A stretch of 31,029 bases of DNA, from assembly GCA_030668825.1 (NCBI GenBank), contig DAOVET010000028.1:1-31029 (forward strand), in the 5' to 3' direction. Source of the DNA: Candidatus Heimdallarchaeota archaeon. Its GTDB lineage: Archaea; Asgardarchaeota; Heimdallarchaeia; Heimdallarchaeales; Heimdallarchaeaceae. The notes below the pieces were generated by a model. The model saw only the letters and a program-made list of their open reading frames with translations. It was not told the origin of the DNA and ran no database searches. The position numbers and the translations under genes were made by a program. Position 1 is the stretch's first letter. Every line of letters starts with the position of its first letter. Positions 1 through 8,129 of the stretch are shown here, piece after piece.

Positions 1-1767
1 GTCTCTTTGACAATTACATTGTTGATTTGTTTACTAATGAATACGATTAGTACATTCTCATTACAAACATATGAAGAAAAGAACATGACAATTAACGAAT
101 ATGATTATTCTAGCTGGTATTGGACTGGAACTGAAATCATGTCTGATATGAGTTCAGCTAACACTCTTGAACCTGCAATTGTTGCTGATAGTGAAAATAA
201 TATCCATATTGTTTGGTTCGATAATGAGGATTATGCTGGCGCTGGAATAGATAATGATATTTTCTATAGATACTGGAGTTCCTCTTCAAGAACCTGGTCA
301 AGTGTTGAAGTTGTTTCAACTGTAAGTACAGGAAATTCAAGATATCCAGAAATTGATGTGGATATGGAAAATAATATCCATATTGTTTGGGAAGACACGA
401 TGGATTATGATGGTGCAGGGAGTGATTTTGACATCTTTTACAGAAAAAAGAACACCGCAACTGATGTTTGGGAAACCACACAAGTTGTTTCTCATATTAG
501 TACAACCTCCGCTTTCAAAGCAGATATCTCTGTAGACAAATCAGAAAATGTAAACATAGTCTGGTGCGATGGCACTGACTATAACAGCTCAGGTACAGAT
601 TCAGATATTTTCTACAAACAATGGGATAACGATCTCTCTAGCTGGAGTGAGACTTCTGTTGTTTCAACAGAAAGCACAAGCGGCTCATTAACCCCTTCAA
701 TTCTTTCAGATTCTCTAGGTAATGTTTACTTTCTCTGGGATGATACAACTGACTATGCTGGGAGTGGCACAGACAGTGATATTTTCTTCAAGTCTATAAA
801 TCCTGGAGGGGGCTGGTCTCCATTAATAGTTCTCTCACATATGTCTTCAACAAGTAGTGCAGCTGCTAAATTTGACTGCAATGAGCAAGATTTACTAAGT
901 GTCGTTTGGATAGATTATGAACAATATCTTGATTCAGGGTCTGATGGAGATGTTTACCATACTTCATATTCAGTTGATCTCGATTTGTGGTCGGAAATTG
1001 AGTTAATATCAGAGTTAAATACTTATACTTCTTTTGCGCCTTCAGTTTCTGTTGATATATTTGGAAATATTCACACCGTATGGTTCGACGGCACTCCTTT
1101 GGGTGGGTCTGGATTAGATTACGATATTCATTACCGTAGAAAGGATTCTGAGACACAACTTTGGTCACCCTTATACATCGTTTCTTCCGGGAATAATTAC
1201 GATGGTTCCTATTATCCTGATATAACAACAGATGATATTGGATACGCACATGTTGTATGGCGCGATAGTACTTCTATGGGTGGAGCAGGTTCAGATAATG
1301 ATGTCTTTTACAATAAACTTGTTGGTCCTCCAGAAAAACCCATTTTAGCATCCTTTACACCAAATCCAATTTTCATAGGTGATTTTAATGTTGATTGGAG
1401 TGATTGTTTAGGTGCGGCGGCTTACGACGTCTACAGAGAAGAATCCTATATCTGGTCAGTTTCAGGTTTAACTCCTCTAGACACAATTTCTGCAAGTGAG
1501 TACTACGATTCAATAAATGATACTGGAACATATTACTATACGATTGTTGCAAAAAATAGGTATGGCGAAAGTTCATTATCAAATATTGAACCTATCACAA
1601 TTAACGAAGAAGCACTCTCTACTGGTTTCTTCCAATCGTTAAGACTAGGCGAAATTGTGGTTTTAGCTGCTATCATAGGTGGAATTCAGTTGCTAATAAC
1701 TACAATTGTTGTTGTTTTTGTAAAAACTGGACCCAAAATAAGAAGTCCAAAGACTGGTAAAAAATAA
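1..1767 (+). CDS. Membrane-anchored surface protein: 7 x ~58-aa beta-propeller-like repeats, FN3/Ig-like domain, C-terminal TM helix and basic tail (probably 5'-truncated by the window edge)
   Basis: Frame is open from base 1 (gtc tct ttg...) with a hydrophobic signal-like N-terminus. Seven repeats of the form V(V/I)S...P.I..D..GN.H.VW.D..DY.GSG.D.D(I/V)FY....W, then PPEKP..W...Y.VYR...YYYTIVAKN.YGES.LSN (FN3-like), IVVLAAIIGGIQLLITTIVVVFV (TM) and a K-rich end. Confidence 0.85.
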   Translation, partial: VSLTITLLICLLMNTISTFSLQTYEEKNMTINEYDYSSWYWTGTEIMSDMSSANTLEPAIVADSENNIHIVWFDNEDYAGAGIDNDIFYRYWSSSSRTWSSVEVVSTVSTGNSRYPEIDVDMENNIHIVWEDTMDYDGAGSDFDIFYRKKNTATDVWETTQVVSHISTTSAFKADISVDKSENVNIVWCDGTDYNSSGTDSDIFYKQWDNDLSSWSETSVVSTESTSGSLTPSILSDSLGNVYFLWDDTTDYAGSGTDSDIFFKSINPGGGWSPLIVLSHMSSTSSAAAKFDCNEQDLLSVVWIDYEQYLDSGSDGDVYHTSYSVDLDLWSEIELISELNTYTSFAPSVSVDIFGNIHTVWFDGTPLGGSGLDYDIHYRRKDSETQLWSPLYIVSSGNNYDGSYYPDITTDDIGYAHVVWRDSTSMGGAGSDNDVFYNKLVGPPEKPILASFTPNPIFIGDFNVDWSDCLGAAAYDVYREESYIWSVSGLTPLDTISASEYYDSINDTGTYYYTIVAKNRYGESSLSNIEPITINEEALSTGFFQSLRLGEIVVLAAIIGGIQLLITTIVVVFVKTGPKIRSPKTGKK

Positions 1768-1790
1768 CTTCTCCTCTCTTTCTTTTTCTA
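1768..1790 (+). terminator. Pyrimidine/oligo-T tract between convergent genes (archaeal-type terminator)
   Basis: cttctcctctctttctttttcta directly after the stop at 1767. Confidence 0.5.
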
Positions 1791-2432
1791 TTACATTTCA
1801 CTAAGTAATTTTCGAATATATTTTAATGCAAACTGATGATATTCGTCTATATTGCCATATTCTGGAATTTGTTCTTGATCTCCAAAAAATTCAGTTTGAA
1901 CAACACTCACGGTTCCATGAACCATTCCCCAAATGAAAAAAGACAATTTACTAACGTCTTTCTCTTTTATTTCTCCCGCATCTACAGCTCGTTGGACTAT
2001 TTCGTTTAAATAATAGATAGACTTAGAATCATATTGTTGTTCGAGTAATCCTGTTCTTTCTGCTTGAGGTGCTTGAGTTTGAAACATCATTTTGTAACGT
2101 TTCTCATCTTCCCTTGCAAAATCAAGATAAAACTGAGCGATTTTTTCTAGAAGTTCTTTGTAATTTCCCTTATGGTCTTGCATGATTTCTGCCATTCCGA
2201 GTTCAAATTTGCCAAAATCATTTCTTAGAATAGCAAACCATAATTCCCTTTTACTAGATATGTAAGTATAGAGACTTGCTTGACCCATGTTCAGCTTCTG
2301 TGCTAGTTTACGCATACTCACACCTTCAGGACCATGTTTTAGAAAAAGTTCCCGACCTGCTTTAATTATGCGCTGAAATTGCTTTTCCTTTGCTTCTGCT
2401 GATCTCGCTCTAGTCTTCTTATCCTTACTCAT
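1791..2432 (-). CDS. TetR/AcrR family transcriptional regulator (WHG-type C-terminal domain)
   Basis: N-terminal HTH IIKAGRELFLKHGPEGVSMRKLAQKLNMGQASLYTYISSKREL; C-terminal W..VHG motif (IWGMVHG). Confidence 0.93.
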   Translation of the reverse strand: MSKDKKTRARSAEAKEKQFQRIIKAGRELFLKHGPEGVSMRKLAQKLNMGQASLYTYISSKRELWFAILRNDFGKFELGMAEIMQDHKGNYKELLEKIAQFYLDFAREDEKRYKMMFQTQAPQAERTGLLEQQYDSKSIYYLNEIVQRAVDAGEIKEKDVSKLSFFIWGMVHGTVSVVQTEFFGDQEQIPEYGNIDEYHQFALKYIRKLLSEM

Positions 2433-2453
2433 AATTGAATGTAATTAAACTCT

Positions 2454-2461
2454 AATATAAA
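2454..2461 (-). promoter_or_regulatory. Putative TATA box for tetR (leaderless or near-leaderless transcript)
   Basis: Minus strand reads TTTATATT 22-29 nt upstream of the ATG at 2432; no SD evident. Confidence 0.5.
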
Positions 2462-2472
2462 CTTTACTTAAC

Positions 2473-2485
2473 CGAACTTTGTTCG
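2473..2485. promoter_or_regulatory. Putative TetR operator 1 (CGAAC-N3-GTTCG)
   Basis: CGAACtttGTTCG palindrome in the tetR/SDR divergent spacer; a second copy is at 2524-2536. Confidence 0.75.
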
Positions 2486-2523
2486 TTTAGAAATATTTAA
2501 ATATGGTGCAGTAAAAAGATAAT

Positions 2524-2536
2524 CGAACATCGTTCG
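2524..2536. promoter_or_regulatory. Putative TetR operator 2 (CGAAC-N3-GTTCG)
   Basis: CGAACatcGTTCG, about 20-30 nt downstream of TATA-like TTTAAATA (2496-2503) and just before the GGTG SD of the SDR gene. Confidence 0.75.
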
Positions 2537-2551
2537 GTAAAGGTGTAAGAG

Positions 2552-3526
2552 ATGAGTAATAAAAACCAAAAGAAAATTGATGGTAAAGCTGTTGTATTAG
2601 GATCTACAGGAGGACTTGGTTCAGCAGTTGTTTTTGAACTTGTGAAGAGAGAAAGATCAGTAATTGCTGTAACAAGAAACATGCAGAAAGCAAGAAAAAT
2701 GTTTCAAAATGTTGATGTTGAAATCAGACAAGCTGATTTAATGGAACAGGAACAAACTTTAACAGCAGTTCAAGGCGCAGATGTAGTTTATCATTGCGCT
2801 AATGTTCTTTATACAAAATGGTTAAAGGAATTCCCAATCATTAATAATAACATTCTAGCAGCTGTTAAAGAAGTTGGAGCTAATCTAGTCTTTGCAGATA
2901 ATTTGTACATGTATGGGGAAATGCAAGATGATAAGATATCTGAAGAGCATCCTCTAAATGCTAAAGGTAAGAAGGGAAAGCTTCGCGTACGTTTAGCAAA
3001 ACAGATACTAGATTCTCATTCTAAAGGTGAAATCAACGCAGTCATCGTACGTTTTGGAGATTTTTATGGACCTAATGTTGTTAATGGATTTACCAAACCA
3101 TTACTAGAAAATCCAGTTAAAGGTAAAGCATCAACATGGTTAGTAGATTTAGATAAGAAACATTCATTGATGTATATTCGTGATGCAGCAAAAGGAATGG
3201 TAACAGCATCAGAAAATCCTAATTCTTATGGCCAAATATTTCATGTCGAAGGGGCTGAACCCGTCACAGGTCGAGAATTTATCACTATGATCTTTCAAGA
3301 GTTGAATCAAGAGCCAAAAATTAAAGTACTTAGTGAAAACACAATTAAGATTTTAGCACCATTCATTCCTATTGTGAAGGAACTTAAAGAACTAACATAT
3401 GAATGGAAATATCCCTTTATAATTAATGGAACAAAATATGCTTCAACTTTCAATACAACAGAACATACTACTCATAAAGTAGCCATCAAAGAGACATTAG
3501 ACTGGTCTAAGCAAAATTTGAAGTAG
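2552..3526 (+). CDS. NAD-dependent epimerase/dehydratase (atypical SDR)
   Basis: Rossmann motif VLGSTGGLG, NLYMYG, VRFGDFYGP; SD aaggtg upstream. Confidence 0.9.
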   Translation: MSNKNQKKIDGKAVVLGSTGGLGSAVVFELVKRERSVIAVTRNMQKARKMFQNVDVEIRQADLMEQEQTLTAVQGADVVYHCANVLYTKWLKEFPIINNNILAAVKEVGANLVFADNLYMYGEMQDDKISEEHPLNAKGKKGKLRVRLAKQILDSHSKGEINAVIVRFGDFYGPNVVNGFTKPLLENPVKGKASTWLVDLDKKHSLMYIRDAAKGMVTASENPNSYGQIFHVEGAEPVTGREFITMIFQELNQEPKIKVLSENTIKILAPFIPIVKELKELTYEWKYPFIINGTKYASTFNTTEHTTHKVAIKETLDWSKQNLK

Positions 3527-3587
3527 AAGTGATTATTTCAAAATAGAAAAAACAAAAAGAAAATTAGATCAAATGTTTAGAAGGGAA

Positions 3588-4841
3588 TTATCTCCCCTTC
3601 TCTATTTTTACATTTTTGGTTATTTCATAGAATTCTTTTAACTTATCAGCTAGATAACTCATTTCTCTTCTCTTCATGTTAGGAGTTGATGGAATGTATA
3701 CTATACCATTATTAAATTTGACATCTACTTCTTTATTCTCATAAGAATGGTTAAACACCTTATAAGTAGGGTTAGCTATACAGGTTATGTCATATTCAGT
3801 TAAGAACTCTAGAAACTGATCTACCAAATGTTCTTCAATTTGTATCGTATTATAGGGGGACAAGCTGCTATTCCCTTTATACCAGGGGAAGAAATAGGGT
3901 ATAATCTTAGGATCTAAACATTCAATGAAATAAGAATATTTCTTAGCAAACAAACTTTCCATTTTTTTATAGTTGTCTAAATTCTGATACATTGATTTTA
4001 GCAAACCTTGAGAAGGTTTACTCAAAAAGGTTTCTCGATCAAATCCAGGGTTTTTTGCTCTGTAAGCTTTAGCAAATTTCAACAAATTGATATTTCTATT
4101 GAAGAAAGTTGCTACTCCAAGTAGCTCAATAAATGAAGCTAAGAAGATTCGACTATTATAAAATAGGAAAGTGGGTAACTTCTTCACTAGTTCTTTAAAT
4201 CTTTTACCTGTCTTTTCTATGGGTAATGCTTCAATTATCTTTTTTGTACCTTCTATTAATTCCTCATGTTGATTATTAATATACATAAATCCTCCCCCAA
4301 GAGCAATCGGTCTTTTATCCATAGCCATTGAATATATTGGGATATCAACAATTTCATGACTTGAAAGTAAATCAAGTGTTCCTCCCTGTACTCTATCTTC
4401 AATAATAATACAGTTATGTTTCTTTTTAAATTCTGATAGCACTGATAAATCCATATCCTGACTGAATAAATGTGTTACAACTACTAAATCACATTTTTTC
4501 ATCTGAGGAATTTCTTCTATTTCATTGTAGTTTTTATTCAATCTAATAATGTGAATGTTTTCTGGTTTAACATACTTCTCCAAAATGTTCCTAAATGATG
4601 TGTGCTGGATTGGAGTTGTTGCAACCACCAAATCTTCTTTATAAAAATACTGAATACAAACTTCAAATAATCCTCTACATGAATAACCTAAAACTGTGGT
4701 GTGTTTATCGGATTCTATCCAAAGATCATATTCTTTAGAAGTAAGAAGATTAGTAAAATGTCTAATAAACTCAAAGAAGTTTAGGGCTAAATAATCTGGT
4801 GCTGCTTTGATAATTCTTCTTACCATGCTGAATCTTGTCAA
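3588..4841 (-). CDS. Divergent PLP-dependent fold-type-I enzyme, DegT/DnrJ/EryC1/StrS-like (ATG at 4826 is an alternative start)
   Basis: SCRGLF, VVTHLF..D, IIEDRVQG (cf. EDAAQA) and YSMAMDK...LGGGF (cf. SF...K....GGG with the PLP lysine). Confidence 0.7.
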   Translation of the reverse strand: MTRFSMVRRIIKAAPDYLALNFFEFIRHFTNLLTSKEYDLWIESDKHTTVLGYSCRGLFEVCIQYFYKEDLVVATTPIQHTSFRNILEKYVKPENIHIIRLNKNYNEIEEIPQMKKCDLVVVTHLFSQDMDLSVLSEFKKKHNCIIIEDRVQGGTLDLLSSHEIVDIPIYSMAMDKRPIALGGGFMYINNQHEELIEGTKKIIEALPIEKTGKRFKELVKKLPTFLFYNSRIFLASFIELLGVATFFNRNINLLKFAKAYRAKNPGFDRETFLSKPSQGLLKSMYQNLDNYKKMESLFAKKYSYFIECLDPKIIPYFFPWYKGNSSLSPYNTIQIEEHLVDQFLEFLTEYDITCIANPTYKVFNHSYENKEVDVKFNNGIVYIPSTPNMKRREMSYLADKLKEFYEITKNVKIEKGR

Positions 4842-5058
4842 AATTTAAGATTTAAAAGAATAATGGTCATTCATAATTGTTATTGGAAAGTGTTTTATTC
4901 AATCATTTCAATGAATAATTAACTATACATATCGTTAAACAACTATAACAATTTGAAATAATCGATATATATCGATATCTGTTTCAATAAACTTTTTAAT
5001 GGTGAAGTAAACGCCCATTTCACTGCATGTAAAGTATAGCTCAATAAAGGGTGTAAAG

Positions 5059-7929
5059 ATGTCAAAGAAAAGTAAAAAGCAAAACCAAGTGACATTAGAC
5101 AGGGAGATAATTCCTTGGCATAGCATGAAAATCAAGGAAATATATGCAAAACTAGGAACTAGTGACAAGGGATTAGAAGAAACTGAAGTAATAAGTAAGT
5201 TTCATATTTATGGTCCAAATAAACTGACAATAACTGAACGATTTAAAATTCTCAAAATGATTATTGAGCAATTCACAGGTTTCTTGGTGATACTACTTGC
5301 AGTTGCAGGATTTATTAGTCTAGGAATAGGTTTGAGCAAGTATTTTAGAGGGGAAGAAGCTGAAGAGATAATTGATGCAATAGCTATTTTTGCAATAATA
5401 ATAATTAACGCAATTATAGGTTTTGTTCAGAACTTTAGATCAAATCAAGCTCTAGAGAAGTTAAAAGAATATTTCGATCAAGAAGTTGTTGTATTCAGAG
5501 CTGGTAAAGAAGAGATTATCCATAGCTGTGATCTTGTGCCTGGAGATATAGTGATTTTAGAAGTTGGGGATAAGATCCCAGCCGACTGTAGGTTAATTTC
5601 TGCAAATAATTTCAAAATTGATGAAGCTCCTCTTACAGGAGAATCATCATCTATAACTAAAAATCTAGAGCTTGTATCTGAGGATGCTAGACTTCACGAT
5701 CGGAAAAATATGATTTATAGTGGAACAACATGCGTTTATGGGAGAGCTCAAGCAGTTGTAGTAGCGACTGGAATGTCTACTGAGATCGGAAAAATAGCTC
5801 AGCTAACACAGGTAAAGCAAGAGCTAACACCTTTACAAAAAGCTCTTGACAAATTAGGCAAAGTCTTGGGAATAATCATTTTAGTAATCTGTGCTCTTGT
5901 AATGGCTATCAATATAGGTCTTGGAGAATCTGCTTTGGAGAGCTTTGAAGTAGCAGTTGCTTTAGCCATCTCAGCAGTACCAGAGGGATTACCAGCAGCC
6001 ATTGTTATTACATTAGCAGTTGGCGTTTCAAGAATGGCTAAGAGAAAAACTATCGTTTCGAGGTTACCAGCTGTAGAGACTCTAGGATCAGTAGATTACA
6101 TCTGCTCAGACAAAACAGGAACCTTAACAAGAAATGAGATGACAGTCAAAGAAATTTGGACAATGGATGGTAAAACAGCTGTTGGAGGTTCAGGATATCT
6201 ACTAGATGGAGATTTTACACAAAATGGTACTAAAATTGATCCATTAAAAACTCCTTCTTTGAACAAACTAATAGAAACTGCTTATAATTGTAATAATTCA
6301 GGGGTTCTACGTAATGAGGATAAAATAGACATTAAAGGTGATCCAACTGAAGCTGCTTTAGTCGTTTTAGCTGAAAAAGCAGGATATACAAAAACAATGT
6401 TAAAAGAGAGGGATCATGAGATTTTCTTCGATTCTGAAAGGAAAAGGATGACAACAATAAATCTAGATAATGGAAAGAAAGTTGCATACATGAAAGGAAG
6501 TCCACAGATTGTTCTGACTAGATGTAATAAAGTCATGAGCAATAGTAAAACAAAAAAGATAACGAAAGAATTAGAAAAAACAATCTTGAATGCTAATCTA
6601 GAAATGTCAAGTAGAGCTTTAAGGGTTTTAGGAGTAGCATATAAGGAATTACCTGAAAATTATAATAAAGAAGATGTTCAAACAATAGAAGATAATTTGA
6701 TTTTCCTCGGATTAACAGGGATGATAGACCCAGCAAGACCAGAAGTGAAAGATGCAATAGAAGAATGTGAACAAGCTGGGATAACAACAGTAATGATAAC
6801 TGGGGATCAGAAAGCAACAGCAATTGCAGTTGCAGAAGAAATTGGAATTATTAAAAGTGAAGAAGACCTTGTAGTGAATGGGGAAGAATTCTCTTTAATG
6901 ACTGATGAAAAACTAAAAGAGAAGATAAATCAAATAAAAGTTTACTCGAGAATGAGTCCAAAAGATAAATTCAGAGTAGTAGAAACATTACAAGAAATGG
7001 AGCATATAGTCGCTGTGACCGGTGATGGAGTCAATGACGCACCCGCTCTAAAAAAGGCAGATATCGGTGTCGCCATGGGTATTACAGGCACTGATGTAAC
7101 TAAAGAAGTCGCTGACATGGTCATAACTGATGATGCTTTCAATACTATTGTTGATGCTGTTGAAGAGGGTAGAAATATCTTTGAAAACATGAAAAAGTTT
7201 ATCCGTTATCTCTTAAGTTGTAATTTTGACGAAATCTTCACAGTTCTTATCATCTTTGCAGCTTTTCGCATCTTACCTTTGTTACCTTTGCAAATTTTGT
7301 TTCTTAATCTTCTAACTGATGCCTTACCAGCTCTTTCCTTATCTTTTGACCCTTATGATCCCGAATTAATGGCTCGTCCTCCAAGAGGAAAGCAAAAATC
7401 CTTTGTCAAGGACATCTATCTTTTTGCATTTTTAGCTGGTATTGTCGCTTTCTTTGCTACTGTTTCTACCTTCTTGATTGGCTATTTAGGAATTGGTGAT
7501 AGAGTTATAACTGACTGGGCTTTAAAGAATGGATTAACACTATCCCCCGAAGAATTCAAACACGCTGTGGTTGCTTATTCGCAAATGCTTGCCTTTATCG
7601 CCACCCTTTCGTTCGAACTTTGGTTTGTCTTCATCGCGCGGAATAATAATGAAACTTCTCTATTTAAATCTAAACCCTTTAAAAATAAATTTCTAATTGG
7701 TGCAGTTGTTTTATCATGGGCACTTCTACTTCTCGTGATATATATTCCTGCGTTACAGATGATTTTCAGCGGATTTAAGGAATTTAAAGTTGCATATCTC
7801 CTCTCAGGTGAAGACTGGTTGTATATTCTAGGATTCACTATAGGTTTCTGTGCTTTTACGGAGCTTTCTAGATACTTTTTAAGATCAACGGCTTTCCAAA
7901 AGATAAGAACAAAATTCAGTTCCAATTAA
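5059..7929 (+). CDS. P-type ATPase, type IIA (SERCA-like Ca2+-transporting ATPase)
   Basis: LTGES, AVPEGLP, ICSDKTGTLTRNEM, GDPTE, MITGD, TGDGVNDAPALKKADIGVAMG, QILFLNLLTDALPA; 10 hydrophobic segments; SD gggtg. Confidence 0.95.
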   Translation: MSKKSKKQNQVTLDREIIPWHSMKIKEIYAKLGTSDKGLEETEVISKFHIYGPNKLTITERFKILKMIIEQFTGFLVILLAVAGFISLGIGLSKYFRGEEAEEIIDAIAIFAIIIINAIIGFVQNFRSNQALEKLKEYFDQEVVVFRAGKEEIIHSCDLVPGDIVILEVGDKIPADCRLISANNFKIDEAPLTGESSSITKNLELVSEDARLHDRKNMIYSGTTCVYGRAQAVVVATGMSTEIGKIAQLTQVKQELTPLQKALDKLGKVLGIIILVICALVMAINIGLGESALESFEVAVALAISAVPEGLPAAIVITLAVGVSRMAKRKTIVSRLPAVETLGSVDYICSDKTGTLTRNEMTVKEIWTMDGKTAVGGSGYLLDGDFTQNGTKIDPLKTPSLNKLIETAYNCNNSGVLRNEDKIDIKGDPTEAALVVLAEKAGYTKTMLKERDHEIFFDSERKRMTTINLDNGKKVAYMKGSPQIVLTRCNKVMSNSKTKKITKELEKTILNANLEMSSRALRVLGVAYKELPENYNKEDVQTIEDNLIFLGLTGMIDPARPEVKDAIEECEQAGITTVMITGDQKATAIAVAEEIGIIKSEEDLVVNGEEFSLMTDEKLKEKINQIKVYSRMSPKDKFRVVETLQEMEHIVAVTGDGVNDAPALKKADIGVAMGITGTDVTKEVADMVITDDAFNTIVDAVEEGRNIFENMKKFIRYLLSCNFDEIFTVLIIFAAFRILPLLPLQILFLNLLTDALPALSLSFDPYDPELMARPPRGKQKSFVKDIYLFAFLAGIVAFFATVSTFLIGYLGIGDRVITDWALKNGLTLSPEEFKHAVVAYSQMLAFIATLSFELWFVFIARNNNETSLFKSKPFKNKFLIGAVVLSWALLLLVIYIPALQMIFSGFKEFKVAYLLSGEDWLYILGFTIGFCAFTELSRYFLRSTAFQKIRTKFSSN

Positions 7930-7970
7930 TCCCTACTTTCTCTTTTTCCTTCTTTTTTCCATTTTCTTAT
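7930..7970 (+). terminator. Oligo-T/pyrimidine tract terminator
   Basis: ctttctctttttccttcttttttccatttt after the ATPase stop. Confidence 0.5.
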
Positions 7971-8129
7971 ATTGAATTTGAATTGTTATCAGGTTGCACT
8001 CTTTGAATGGGATTGTAGCCTTAATTGAAAGATATATAAAATACCTATTTTTACTCTATGTAACTGCAAAATGTGAGAGTGGAATAGTTTACAGAAAACA
8101 ATACTCAGCTCGAAAAGATAGATTCCTTA

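Noticed and set aside
120-1320. ~174-nt periodicity as a possible CRISPR array or DNA tandem repeat
   Set aside because: The periodicity is protein-level blade repetition inside a CDS; there is no constant repeat with unique spacers.
158-1582. Short alternative-frame and antisense ORFs (158..481, 353..535, 866..1249, 1385..1582)
   Set aside because: All are nested in the well-supported propeller gene and have no motifs; shadow ORFs.
2497-2682. 61-aa minus ORF, and likewise 4935..5168, 11767..12018, 12096..12320, 14779..14967 and 18809..18991
   Set aside because: They overlap real genes or promoters, with no SD or recognisable protein features.
5799-7925. Antisense ORFs within the P-type ATPase, and similar ones in the AOR and ABC genes (22294, 25101, 25761, 27026, 27569, 28514, 28754, 29800)
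   Set aside because: They mirror the sense reading frames of conserved genes. 29800..30138 lies opposite the truncated ABC gene beginning at 29312.
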